A stretch of DNA of 64,000 nucleotides, taken from Candidatus Limnocylindrales bacterium (lineage in GTDB: Bacteria > Chloroflexota > Limnocylindria > Limnocylindrales > CSP1-4). A program made the position numbers and the translations under genes. Of the stretch, positions 8,771 through 20,274 are shown one piece after another. Within the stretch, counting starts at the first letter, position 1, and each line of letters begins with the position of its first letter. The DNA lies in contig JBEKPB010000012.1 in NCBI GenBank assembly GCA_049521175.1, forward strand, positions 3,929 to 67,928, in the 5' to 3' direction. The notes under the pieces were generated by a model. The model had not been told where the DNA came from. It ran no database searches and saw only the letters and a list, made by a program, of their open reading frames with translations.

Positions 8771-9676
8771 CTACTCGGTCTTCACGGCGTGACCGCCGAA
8801 CTCGTTGCGGAGCGCCGCCAACACCTTAGCCTGGTAGCTGTCCTCCTGGCGCGATCGGAACCGGTTGAGCAGGCTGAGGGTGATGACCGGCGCGGGGACG
8901 TCCCGGTCGATGGCCTCCTGAACTGTCCAGCGCCCCTCGCCCGAGTCCGCTACCCAGCCCTTGAGGTGAGCCAGTTCCGGGTCCTGCGAGAATGCCGAGG
9001 CGGCAAGCTCCAGGAGCCATGACCGCACCACCGATCCGTGCATCCAGAGGTCGGAGATGGCCGCCACATCGAGCTTGTACTCCGAAGCGTGGAGGATCTC
9101 GAAGCCCTCGGCGTAGGCCTGCATCAGGCCGTACTCGATGCCGTTGTGGACCATCTTCACGTAATGCCCGGCACCCGGGCCGCCCGCGTGGAGGTAGCCG
9201 TCCGCCGGAGCCAGCGAGCGGAAGATCGGCTCGAGGCGTTTCACGGGCTCGGGCTCGCCGCCGACCATCAGGCAATACCCGATCTCGAGGCCCCAGATCC
9301 CGCCCGACGTCCCGGCGTCGATGAAGTCGAGGCCGGCCGAGGCGATTTTGTCGTGGCGGCGGACGGTGTCGTGGAAGTTGCTGTTGCCGCCGTCGACGAT
9401 CGTGTCTCCCGGCTCCAGGACCTTCAGCAGCTCGTCGATCATGGACTCCGTGGCGTCTCCGGACGGGACCATGACCCACACGGCACGCGGCCGTTCGAGC
9501 TTCCCGACGAGCTCCTGTAGCGAGAAGGCGCCCTCCGCTCCCTCGGCCATGATCTCGCGGGTCTTCTCGGCGGTCCGGTTGTAGGCGACGATCCGGTGCT
9601 TGTCGAGTAGCAGGCGGCGGACCATGTTGGCGCCCATCCGGCCGAGTCCGACGAAGCCCAGGTCCATCTGCGTCAC
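8771..9676 (-). CDS. gnd: 6-phosphogluconate dehydrogenase, decarboxylating (short YqeC/GntZ type)
   Basis: GLGRMG, DGGNS, GHYVKMVHNGIEYG and RNEFGGH. Confidence 0.95.
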   Translation of the reverse strand: MTQMDLGFVGLGRMGANMVRRLLLDKHRIVAYNRTAEKTREIMAEGAEGAFSLQELVGKLERPRAVWVMVPSGDATESMIDELLKVLEPGDTIVDGGNSNFHDTVRRHDKIASAGLDFIDAGTSGGIWGLEIGYCLMVGGEPEPVKRLEPIFRSLAPADGYLHAGGPGAGHYVKMVHNGIEYGLMQAYAEGFEILHASEYKLDVAAISDLWMHGSVVRSWLLELAASAFSQDPELAHLKGWVADSGEGRWTVQEAIDRDVPAPVITLSLLNRFRSRQEDSYQAKVLAALRNEFGGHAVKTE

Positions 9677-11421
9677 GCCTCCCCGAGCGCCGCGGCCAGG
9701 GCCCGACCGAGCGCGGCCAGCCCAGTGTCCGGGTCGCCGCCGAGATTAACTCTCAGGATCGGGAGCTTGTGGGCTTCGATCGTCCGGGCATCTCCGATAG
9801 CCTGGGCGCCGATCAGCTGGCCGAAGGTATAGGCCTGACCGGGGATCTCGCGATCATCGGGGTGCTCGGCCACGAGCTGCAGGAACCAGCCGATCGGGGC
9901 GCCGCCCTTGTGGAGCTGTCCTGTGGAGTGCAGGAAACGAGGTCCGTACCCGACGGTCGTGGCCCGATGGGTCCTGTCGCGGAGCTGGGTTCGGATCGCG
10001 GCCAGGGCCGCATCGCGCGCCGGCGTCTGGGCAATGTACGCCTGGATCGAGGCGTAGCCATTCGGGACCAGGTTGGCGAGGTGCGCCTTGATGGCCGCGG
10101 ATAGGGCCTTCTCATCGGCGACGCCGAGTGCCGACGCCGCATCCTCGGCCGCGCTCCCACCTGACTCGAACCCGGCCAGAACGGCGCGGGTGTTCGTCTT
10201 CGCTTCCTCGACGTTGGGCTGGTCGAACGGGTCGATGCCCAGGACGGCGCCGGCGAAGGCGGTGGCAATCTCCCAGCGAACGAACTCGGCGCCTATCTCG
10301 ATCGTCGAGCCGACGTCGATACGGATGACCGGATGACCGGCGGCGGCGAGCTTCGCCAGGCGGGCGTCGACGTTCGTGCCGATCGATGGCTCCGGACCGG
10401 CGGAGCCGGTCAGCGCGATGCGGACGAAGACCCGGTCGTTGCCGTATGCCGGGACGGTGCCCAGCGGCTCTCCGTCCACCGGTACCACGCCGACGCCGTG
10501 CTTGCCGGTCGACTCGGCGATCAGCTGCTCGACCCACGGCCCGAAGGCGGCCAGCTCGCGGTCGATGACGAATGTCAGCTTGTCGCGCCCTTCACGGGCG
10601 AAGACACCCATCGCCAAACCCAGGGCCAAGCCGGGGTTCGCGGCCGGATCCGAGACCGTGCAGGCATCGACCATCGCCCGGGCCTTGTCGAGCAGAGTGT
10701 CGAGTTCGACCCCCAGCAGCGCGCCGGGCACAAGTCCCACATACGTCAGCGCGGAATAGCGGCCGCCCACGTCCGGCGGGTTGAGGAAGACCTCGCGCAG
10801 GTGGTCGTGGTGGGGGATCGACCGCAGGCTCTTGCCTGGGTCGGTGATCGCGGCCATGAAGTTGCCCGGCTCGGCCGGCCAGACGCCGGCCATTTCCTGC
10901 GCCCTGGCGATGCGGGCCCACTGGTAGGCCTGGAACGAGAGCGACTCGGCCGTTGTCCCGGACTTGGTGGAGACGATGAACAGAGTCGTCAGCGGGTCCA
11001 GGTCGTCGAGGACCGAACTGACCGCGGCCGGGTCCGTGGAGTCGAGAACGCGGACCGCGATGCCGTCCGCGGACGAACCGAAGACGTGGGTCAGCAGCGC
11101 CGGCGCCAGGCTGCTGCCGCCCATACCGCCGAGGACGGCAGTGCTGAAGCCCTCGGCGCGAAGCTCGCCCGCGAATGCCTTGAGCTCGGCCGTCTCGTCG
11201 GCGAAGTGGAACGGCGCCTCGAGCCAGCCAAGGCGCGTGGCCACAGCCCGCTGGACGACCTCTTCCTTGCTCCAGACCGATGGGTCGCGCCGGCCGATCG
11301 CCCGCTCGGCCCAATCCTCAGTGACGGCCCGGTCGCGTGCCGCGGCCAACGCCTCATCCAGCTTCGCGTCTGCGAGCGTGAGGTTCAGAGCGAGGGAACG
11401 GGCAGCTGTCGGTTCGGTCAT
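9673..11421 (-). CDS. pgi: Glucose-6-phosphate isomerase (type found as the Pgi half of Tal-Pgi fusions)
   Basis: GMGGSS, STKSGTT, GGRYS, EQLIAESTGK, DPFDQPNVEEAK and HSTGQLHKGG. Confidence 0.88.
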   Translation of the reverse strand: MTEPTAARSLALNLTLADAKLDEALAAARDRAVTEDWAERAIGRRDPSVWSKEEVVQRAVATRLGWLEAPFHFADETAELKAFAGELRAEGFSTAVLGGMGGSSLAPALLTHVFGSSADGIAVRVLDSTDPAAVSSVLDDLDPLTTLFIVSTKSGTTAESLSFQAYQWARIARAQEMAGVWPAEPGNFMAAITDPGKSLRSIPHHDHLREVFLNPPDVGGRYSALTYVGLVPGALLGVELDTLLDKARAMVDACTVSDPAANPGLALGLAMGVFAREGRDKLTFVIDRELAAFGPWVEQLIAESTGKHGVGVVPVDGEPLGTVPAYGNDRVFVRIALTGSAGPEPSIGTNVDARLAKLAAAGHPVIRIDVGSTIEIGAEFVRWEIATAFAGAVLGIDPFDQPNVEEAKTNTRAVLAGFESGGSAAEDAASALGVADEKALSAAIKAHLANLVPNGYASIQAYIAQTPARDAALAAIRTQLRDRTHRATTVGYGPRFLHSTGQLHKGGAPIGWFLQLVAEHPDDREIPGQAYTFGQLIGAQAIGDARTIEAHKLPILRVNLGGDPDTGLAALGRALAAALGEA

Positions 11422-11494
11422 TGCTGAGGCCTCATGTTTGGCTGGAGCGTTGCTGCGACCGACCGAGCTTGGTGCGATCGCCGGTCGTGGTGGA

Positions 11495-11965
11495 CTAACC
11501 GGGCCGCTCCATGCGGGCGGCTTCCTTCTCGATGGCTCTGATCTTGCCGACGCGGCGGACGTGGCGAGCGGCCCCGCTGAATCGTGCCGCAAGGAAACTC
11601 TCGGCGCACGAGACGGCCGTCTCCACGCCGATCACGCGGGCTCCCAGAGCCAGCACGTTCATGTCGTCATGCTCGACACCCTGGCCGGCGGAGTAGGTGT
11701 CGTGGCAGAGCCCGGCCCGTATTCCGGGCATCTTCGATGCCGCGATCGAGGCACCGACGCCGCTGCCGCACACGAGTATGCCGCGATCGGCCCGACCGTC
11801 GAGGATCGCCAGGGCCAGGGCCCGGGCGTAGTCAGGGTAGTCGTCTTGCGGGTTCGAGCCATCGCCGCCGAGGTCCACCAGTTCGTGCCCCAGCGGCCGC
11901 AGGCGGTCGAGCAACTCGGCCTTGAGCTCGAAGCCCGCGTGGTCGGCCGCAAATGCGATCCTCAT
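11495..11965 (-). CDS. rpiB: Ribose-5-phosphate isomerase B
   Basis: ADHAG, DDYPD, CGSGVG and EHDDMNVL. Confidence 0.95.
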   Translation of the reverse strand: MRIAFAADHAGFELKAELLDRLRPLGHELVDLGGDGSNPQDDYPDYARALALAILDGRADRGILVCGSGVGASIAASKMPGIRAGLCHDTYSAGQGVEHDDMNVLALGARVIGVETAVSCAESFLAARFSGAARHVRRVGKIRAIEKEAARMERPG

Positions 11966-11973
11966 CTCGCTCC

Positions 11974-14037
11974 TCAGCAGCTTTCCGGTCCGTGTTCGGC
12001 GGTTCGAACGCGCCCGCTGAAGCCGTCGCGCACGACCTTCCGGCCGATCTCGGCCACTCGATCGACTGTGAACCCGAAGCGGCGCAATATCTCGTCGCCC
12101 GGTGCCGACGCTCCGAAATGGTCGATGCCGACGATCGCCCCGTCCGTGCCGGCATAGCGTTCCCAGCCGAACGGGCTCAGGGCCTCGACGCTGACTCGCT
12201 TGCGGGAGGAATGCGGCAGAACGGACTCTCGGTAAGCCGCATCCTGAGCCTCGAAGCGTTCCCAGCAGGGCAGGCTCACGACTCTGGTTCGGATGCCCTC
12301 CCGCTCCAGCGACTCCGCCGCGCCGAATGCCAGCTCGAGCTCCGAACCGGTGGCGATGACGATCAGGTCCGGATTCGCGGCATCGCCGGAGGCGTCGCGG
12401 AGGACGTATCCGCCCCGCGCCACGCCGTCGCGGGCCTTCTCGGCCGTGCCGGCCATCGTCGTCAACTTCTGGCGGGTCAGGATCAGCGCCGTGGGGCCGT
12501 TACGGCGCTCGATTGCGCAACACCACGCCGCCGCCGCTTCGTTGGCGTCGCCTGGCCGTATGACGTCGAGGTTGGGGATCGCCCGGAGCGCCGCCACGTG
12601 CTCCACCGGTTGATGCGTCGGCCCGTCCTCGCCGAGCGCGACCGAGTCGTGGGTCCAGACGTAGATGACTCCCAGGCAGCTCAACGCCGCCAGGCGGACC
12701 GCCCCGCGCATGTAGTCGCTGAAGGTAAGGAACGTGGCCGCGTACGGGATGAAGCCGCCATAGAGCGCGATGCCGTTCGCAATCGAGCCCATGCCGTGCT
12801 CGCGGACGCCGAAGCGGATGTTGCGGCCGCCTGCCTCGGCCGGCTCGAACAAGCCTCCGCCGGCAACGTCGGTGAGGTTGGATTCAGAGAGGTCGGCCGA
12901 ACCGCCGAAGAGCTCCGGCAATCTGCCGGCCAGCGCGTTTATCGCCTCGCTGCTGGCCTTGCGAGTCGGCACGCCTTCGCCGGCGGCGTATGTCGTGAGG
13001 CCGCTTGCCCAGGCGTCGGGCAGCCGGCGGCTCCAGCGGCGGTCCAGCTCCGCGGCCTCGGCCGGGAAGTCTCTGCGGTAGCGAGCCAACCGCTCGTTCC
13101 ACTCTGCCACCAGCTTCTCGCCCGCCGGGACGGCGGCACGGAAGACGTCCAGCGCGGAGTCGGGGACGAAGAAGTGCTTGTCCGGATCCCAGCCGTAGGA
13201 CAGCTTTGCACCGCGGACCTCGTCTTCGCCGAGCGGCGCCCCGTGCGCCTTCTGCGAATCGTGCTTGGTGGGAGCGCCGTAGCCGATATGCGTCCTGACG
13301 GCTATGAGGCTGGGTCGCTCGTCCGCTTTGGCCGCGGCGATGGCCGCCCCTATGGCCTCGATGTCGTTGCCGTCCTCTACCGAAGCCGTGTCCCAACCGT
13401 AGGCGTCGAAACGCTCGAGCACGCTCTCGGAGAACGCCATGCTCGTGGGGCCGTCGAGCTGGATCCTGTTGTCGTCGTACAGCATCACCAGCTTGCCCAG
13501 GCGGAGGTGACCGGCGAGAGAGGCCGCCTCGGCCGCGACGCCCTCCTGGAGGTCGCCGTCGGAGCAGATGGCGTAGATGGCGTGGTCGATCAGGTCGTGG
13601 CCCGGCCTGTTGAATTCCTGTGCCAGGCGTCGCTGGGCGATCGCCATGCCGACGGCGTTCCCGACGCCCTGGCCGAGCGGGCCGGTCGTGGCTTCGACAC
13701 CGGGTGTCGGGCCGTGCTCGGGATGGCCGGGCGTCCGAGAGCCCCACTGCCGGAACGACTCGAGATCCTCGAGGGTGAGCCCGTAGCCGGTCAGGTAGAG
13801 CAGGGAGTAGAGAAGCATGCTGGCGTGACCGGCCGACAGAACGAAGCGGTCTCGGTTCGGCCAGCCCGGAGCGGTTGGGGCGTGGCGCAAGAAGCGGGTC
13901 CACAGCGTGTAGGCCATCGGGGCCATGCCCATCGGCGCGCCCGGGTGGCCGGAGTTGGCCTTCTGCACCGCGTCAATGGACAGCGTGCGGATCGTGTCGA
14001 TCGCCAGCTGGTCGAGATCCCCGGCCGCTTCCGTCAT
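11974..14037 (-). CDS. tkt: Transketolase
   Basis: [24 protein letters not shown] and GEDGPTHQP. Confidence 0.97.
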   Translation of the reverse strand: MTEAAGDLDQLAIDTIRTLSIDAVQKANSGHPGAPMGMAPMAYTLWTRFLRHAPTAPGWPNRDRFVLSAGHASMLLYSLLYLTGYGLTLEDLESFRQWGSRTPGHPEHGPTPGVEATTGPLGQGVGNAVGMAIAQRRLAQEFNRPGHDLIDHAIYAICSDGDLQEGVAAEAASLAGHLRLGKLVMLYDDNRIQLDGPTSMAFSESVLERFDAYGWDTASVEDGNDIEAIGAAIAAAKADERPSLIAVRTHIGYGAPTKHDSQKAHGAPLGEDEVRGAKLSYGWDPDKHFFVPDSALDVFRAAVPAGEKLVAEWNERLARYRRDFPAEAAELDRRWSRRLPDAWASGLTTYAAGEGVPTRKASSEAINALAGRLPELFGGSADLSESNLTDVAGGGLFEPAEAGGRNIRFGVREHGMGSIANGIALYGGFIPYAATFLTFSDYMRGAVRLAALSCLGVIYVWTHDSVALGEDGPTHQPVEHVAALRAIPNLDVIRPGDANEAAAAWCCAIERRNGPTALILTRQKLTTMAGTAEKARDGVARGGYVLRDASGDAANPDLIVIATGSELELAFGAAESLEREGIRTRVVSLPCWERFEAQDAAYRESVLPHSSRKRVSVEALSPFGWERYAGTDGAIVGIDHFGASAPGDEILRRFGFTVDRVAEIGRKVVRDGFSGRVRTAEHGPESC

Positions 14038-14452
14038 TCCGTTTCCAACTCTCCTTGCCGGCGCGATGACCCGATGCGCCGTCTGAGCGGCAGTGCCGCG
14101 ATAGGTGGCCGCGCAGGTCGCGCCTGCCGAGCCCTATTCGTCCTCTCCCGAAGTCCCGGAGCGAGCCCGGCAGCAACCGAGGCTCGGTTCCCGGGCGGGC
14201 TGGATGGCGGCGACCCCATCTCGGTCGGCGCTCCCGGCCCGATCACGACGCCATTCTACGGCTCCGTGCTCTCGTACCCGCAGATGTAAGAGGTGGGACC
14301 GGCGTACGTTCCTGTAGCAGAGCCTTGCGAGGGCGTGGGCGGCTGGTACACTCGACCGACGGGCAGCGAAAATCCGAGGGTCGGGCGAGACCTGCCCGGC
14401 AGGGCCCGGCCGACAGTCCAACCCAGAGGTCGGCGGAGCGCGAGGAATCCAG

Positions 14453-14962
14453 ATGCGGATCTACGACGGGAGTCCGCGCCAGGACTTCGAGGAGGTCCTG
14501 CGGTCGATCGGGGCCTTTCTCGACCAGCGCGGCATGCACGAGGTCATGGTCGTCGAGGCGCCGGACGGTCTCATCGTCCAGGGTCTGGTGGTGGAGACTG
14601 CCTCCTCTGGGACGTGGTCCGAACAGGTCGGCCAGCAGAGCAAGGAAACCTTCACCTTCTTGGACGACGACATCGCCCGCTTCATGGAAGAGGGACACGC
14701 CCGCCGCGGCGATCCGCAACGTGCGGCCACTTGGGGTCAGGCGGGCTACTATGAGCAGGCGTTCCGCGTTGTCGGCCGATACGTCGACGAACAGAAGCCG
14801 CGCGATGTCTTCTTCTTCGAGCAAGACGGCGCGTTTGTGTTGCGGCTCCTGATGTCGACTCAGACAGGCAGCCGGCACGTCATTGCCGAGTTCACACGGG
14901 ACGAGGTCGAGGCGATGGTCGCCCAGGCCCCGGCCCTCAGAGGCGAAAAGGCCAAGCCCTAG
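14453..14962 (+). CDS. Hypothetical protein made of two internal repeats
   Basis: GAGGA RBS; upstream TTGCGA (14325)...TG-TACACT (14347); repeats FEEVLRSIGAFLD and YEQAFRVVGRYVD. Confidence 0.8.
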   Translation: MRIYDGSPRQDFEEVLRSIGAFLDQRGMHEVMVVEAPDGLIVQGLVVETASSGTWSEQVGQQSKETFTFLDDDIARFMEEGHARRGDPQRAATWGQAGYYEQAFRVVGRYVDEQKPRDVFFFEQDGAFVLRLLMSTQTGSRHVIAEFTRDEVEAMVAQAPALRGEKAKP

Positions 14963-15010
14963 CCGGGCGCCTGAGCCCGGGAGCGGCGGCAGGCGGTAGG
15001 AGGATGGACC

Positions 15011-15166
15011 ATGAAGCTCGTAAAGATCCTGGCGACGTTCCTGCTGGTCGTGCTCGCCGCGCTCGTCGTCATTCCGTTGCTGGTGCTGGCCGGCCTCTTC
15101 GTCTGGCTGAAACTGACCGAGGAGGGTGACGAGGAGTCGCTCGAGCTCGATCAGGAGAACGTCTGA
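15011..15166 (+). CDS. Small (51 aa) membrane protein with an acidic tail; absent from the ORF track
   Basis: AGGAGG 7 nt before ATG; MKLVKILATFLLVVLAALVVIPLLVLAGLFVWLKLTEEGDEESLELDQENV. Confidence 0.7.
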   Translation: MKLVKILATFLLVVLAALVVIPLLVLAGLFVWLKLTEEGDEESLELDQENV

Positions 15167-15302
15167 CCCACAACGCGACTCCAGCCATTGGAATGTCGCC
15201 CGGGCCGCAAGGTCCGGGCGATCGCCTTTTCCGGGCGTGACCAAGCCCCGCGAGCGGCTTCTGCCACTCCCGTCCGACCTACCACTGCCGTCCGACCCGC
15301 AG

Positions 15303-16262
15303 ATGCAGGAGCAAGCCATCGCTGCCGCGTCCGAGTTGGATAGATCCGCACGCCCGCGACATCCTGCAGCAGGGACTCGCTATCTCGCCGAGATTGGCGT
15401 CGTGCTGGTAATGGCTTCCTGGGGCGCGAACGTGGTCGCCGTCAAGGCCGCCCTGGTGGCCATGCCGCCTGTGCTCTTCGCGTTCGCCCGGTTCGCGACG
15501 GCCTTCCTGGTTCTCCTGGCGGTCTTGCGCTGGCGCGAGGGAAGTGTCGGCCTGCCGCGACGCGACATCGTGCCTCTGCTCCTTCTCGGCCTGGCCGGCT
15601 TCGGGCTGTATCAGGATCTCTGGGCGACCGCGTTGGGACAGACGACCGCGGCCAACTCCGCGCTTATCACCGCGGCCACGCCCGTCTCGACGATGCTGAT
15701 TGCTGCGGCCATTGGGTCGGATACGCTCTCGAGGCCGAAGGTCGCCGGTGCGACGATCGCGCTCTCGGGAGCGGTGGGTGTGGTCTGGGTGACGCATGGT
15801 TTCGGCTTCACCGGCGCCTCCGCCGGCGACGTGATGACGTTCGTGGCAACCGTCTGCTGGGCCTGCTATGTGGCCTTTGGGACGCCGGTCCTGCGCCGCC
15901 ACTCCCCATTGAAGACCGCCACGTGGGCCATCGGCCTGGGTTGCCTCGGCATGCTGCCCTTCGCGCTGTGGCAGGCAGCCACGTTCGATACGTCGCGGGT
16001 CGGCGCCGGCACCGTGGGCCTGGTCCTATTCACTGCTCTCGTTCCGGCGGCCGCGGCCAACGTGGTTATGTTCGAGGCGGTCAAGATCCTCGGTCCCGCC
16101 CGAACCATGCTGTTCCAATTCCTCGTTCCGGCCTTTGCGCTGATCCTCGCCGCGATCTTCCTTGGAGAGGTGATCGTGCTCGGCCAACTCATCGGCGGCG
16201 CTGTCATCGTGGTGGGCATCCTTGTGTCGCGGCTGGGTCCCGCCCGCGTGCCTATGACCTGA
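15303..16262 (+). CDS. DMT/EamA family transporter
   Basis: About 10 TM in two EamA repeats (WGANVVAVK, TTAANSALI, CWACY, LGEVI); start uncertain. Confidence 0.9.
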   Translation: MQEQAIAAASELDRSARPRHPAAGTRYLAEIGVVLVMASWGANVVAVKAALVAMPPVLFAFARFATAFLVLLAVLRWREGSVGLPRRDIVPLLLLGLAGFGLYQDLWATALGQTTAANSALITAATPVSTMLIAAAIGSDTLSRPKVAGATIALSGAVGVVWVTHGFGFTGASAGDVMTFVATVCWACYVAFGTPVLRRHSPLKTATWAIGLGCLGMLPFALWQAATFDTSRVGAGTVGLVLFTALVPAAAANVVMFEAVKILGPARTMLFQFLVPAFALILAAIFLGEVIVLGQLIGGAVIVVGILVSRLGPARVPMT

Positions 16263-16573
16263 GACGCCGGCGCACTTCTGCGAGATACCGATGGCGGCGG
16301 TGCCATGCGCATTGTTCTGCGCACGATTCGTGTTCGGGCGCGGCCCAGAGGCCCAAACAGCGCGCAGCGACGCTCAGCGTGCTCCGGAACGCGGTGTTTG
16401 GGCGCCACCCGGTCCCAATGTGTGCCACGGTCCAACTTGGTACCGCCCCCATCGGTAGACCGCGGAAACTAGCTGCGCGGCGGCGCCGCAGCGAGCCGGG
16501 AGGCGGACCCGGAGTCGCCCCAGCCCTGATCGCGCTCGGGTCGATCCCGTTCGCGGCGGGTATCCTCTCCGCC

Positions 16574-17404
16574 ATGCCACTCCACCGAACCGGACGCGCC
16601 GGCGGCGAAGCCGCTGCGCCGGCGCCGGTGCCCGTCCCGCCGCTTCGCCGGGGCCAGCCGCCGCTCGCGATCCTGGTGGATTACGACGGCACGATCGCCC
16701 AGACCGACGTCGCCGACAGGATCCTCTACACGTTCATCGGTGAGCGGTACGCGCACGACGACGCGCTGTACGACCTAGGCCAGGTGGGGTCGCGAACGCT
16801 CTTCGAGAGCCAGGTGAAGCTGCTCCCCGGCTCCCCGGACGCGGTCGTGGCCCTGGCCGAAGCCCAACCGCACGACCCCACGTTCCGTCCGTTCGTAGCC
16901 CGAGCCCTGGAGCTGGAGATCCCCATCGAGGTCGTCAGCGACGGTTTCGGCTTCTACATCGAGCCGGCCCTCACTCGCATGGGCGTTCCGGAGATCCCCG
17001 TCGTCACCGCCAGGACAACCTTCGACGGCCGCCAGGCATCGATGACATTCCCGTTCGGTCACCCCGACTGCCTGGTCTGTGGGACATGCAAGCGGCAGCG
17101 GGTGCTGGCTCATCAAGCCGCCGGCCGGACTGTCGCGTTCGTCGGCGATGGCGAAAGTGACCGCTACGCCGCCGCGTATTCGGACGTGATCTTCGCCAAA
17201 CGCGCCCTCATCGCGCTGTGCCGGAAGGAAGGCTGGTCGTTCACCGAGTGGCACGACTTCGCCGAGCTGCGCGAGTGGCTCGACGCGACGGTCGAGGCGT
17301 GGCGAACCGAGGCGGGCGCCATACCGCGCCACGTGCCGAAGCCGTTCATCTGCGGCCCCGAACTGTGGGGCCACGGCCGGACCAACCCGGTGGCCCGCCG
17401 CTGA
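16574..17404 (+). CDS. HAD-IB phosphatase, MtnX-like
   Basis: DYDGTI, VVSDG, CLVCGTCK, GDGESD and DVIFAK. Confidence 0.85.
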   Translation: MPLHRTGRAGGEAAAPAPVPVPPLRRGQPPLAILVDYDGTIAQTDVADRILYTFIGERYAHDDALYDLGQVGSRTLFESQVKLLPGSPDAVVALAEAQPHDPTFRPFVARALELEIPIEVVSDGFGFYIEPALTRMGVPEIPVVTARTTFDGRQASMTFPFGHPDCLVCGTCKRQRVLAHQAAGRTVAFVGDGESDRYAAAYSDVIFAKRALIALCRKEGWSFTEWHDFAELREWLDATVEAWRTEAGAIPRHVPKPFICGPELWGHGRTNPVARR

Positions 17405-17451
17405 CGCGCCTCGTAGCCCCGCCGCTGACGCGCCTCGTAGCCCCGCCGCTG
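17394..17451 (+). repeat. 24-bp tandem repeat, about 2.4 copies (CTGACGCGCCTCGTAGCCCCGCCG)
   Basis: Exact copies at 17401-17424 and 17425-17448, with partial flanks. Confidence 0.9.
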
Positions 17452-17491
17452 GCCCGCGGCCGTGCTCGACTACCCTTGACGGACTCGCTGA

Positions 17492-19246
<1,755 letters not shown>

Positions 19247-19587
19247 CCAACTCATTCGCCGAAAACGACTTTCGCCCGGACCGAACCATTTCGTTCGCTA
19301 ATTCGTCTCTTGGACGAGCGACGATTTCAAGCTCGCGAAGCATGGTGAAGTCGAGCGGCACAGGCCGGAGCGCCGGTTGAGGCGGCGATCTCACCACTTC
19401 GGTCGAGGGGTATGACCGAAGGCCGGGCTGCATCGTTGCCACCCAGCTGCCCGCCATTCGCAATCGCCCATCGCTAACGCCATAGTCGGGGGGCCTCGAT
19501 GGTACGATCCCGGCTGAAGGACGAGCGAAGAGCGCGGGCTCCGAACCATGCGGCCACGGCCCGTCCGAACGAGCCAGGAGCAGCCAC

Positions 19588-20250
19588 GTGAAGATCTTCC
19601 TCGACACCGCCGAAATAGAAGAAATCAGGACGGCCGCCCGTTGGGGCGTTCTCGACGGCGTAACGACGAACCCCAGCCTCTACGCCAAGGTTGGCGGCTC
19701 TTACGACGCGATCCTGCAGGAGATCTGCAAGATCACGCCCGGGCCGGTGTCGGCCGAGGTGATCTCGGACGACGTGGCTGGGATGCTCGACGAGGGGCGC
19801 CATTTCGCCAAGCTCGCGCCGAACATCGTCGTCAAGGTGGCGATGAGCGAGAACGGGCTCGAGGCCATCTCCCGATTCGCCGACGAGGGCATCAAGACCA
19901 ACTGCACTCTCATCTTCAGCACCAACCAGGGTCTGCTCGCCGCCAAGGCCGGGGCGAGCATCGTATCCCCGTTCGTCGGCCGGCTCGACGACATCAACCA
20001 GGACGGCATGACCGTCATCCGCGAACTGGCCGAGGTCTTCTCGCTGTACGAGATCGAGACGGAGGTTCTGGCGGCGTCGATCCGGAACCCGCTCCATGTC
20101 ACCCAGTCGGCACTCGCCGGTGCGCACATCGCTACGCTGCCCTTCAAGGTCCTCCAGCAGATGGTCCACCACCCGCTGACCGACAAGGGCATCGTCCAGT
20201 TCAAGAAGGACTGGGAGGCCGCTCGTCAGGCTGCCGGCAAGACTGCCTAG
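19588..20250 (+). CDS. tal: Transaldolase / fructose-6-phosphate aldolase (short type)
   Basis: KIFLDTA, GVTTNPS, SPFVGRLDD, AASIR and HPLTDKG. Confidence 0.92.
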   Translation: MKIFLDTAEIEEIRTAARWGVLDGVTTNPSLYAKVGGSYDAILQEICKITPGPVSAEVISDDVAGMLDEGRHFAKLAPNIVVKVAMSENGLEAISRFADEGIKTNCTLIFSTNQGLLAAKAGASIVSPFVGRLDDINQDGMTVIRELAEVFSLYEIETEVLAASIRNPLHVTQSALAGAHIATLPFKVLQQMVHHPLTDKGIVQFKKDWEAARQAAGKTA

Positions 20251-20274
20251 CCGGATCGTCTGACCGCCCGTTCC

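Noticed and set aside
11953-14289. Long antisense ORFs (also 53093-55870, 59556-61229, 57147-58613, 20761-22257)
   Set aside because: They mirror well-supported genes on the opposite strand, as expected from high-GC codon bias, and show no motifs.
14038-14452. Riboswitch (e.g. TPP) in the tkt upstream region
   Set aside because: No TPP-box consensus (CUGAGA...AUACCUG) found on either strand; the GC stems are unremarkable.
17394-17451. Possible CRISPR array
   Set aside because: Repeats are directly adjacent with no spacers, and there are no cas genes.
19247-19587. Small gene or RNA between pyrG and tal (ORF 19137-19607, minus strand)
   Set aside because: The ORF overlaps both neighbours and has no recognisable motif or RBS; no RNA family recognised.
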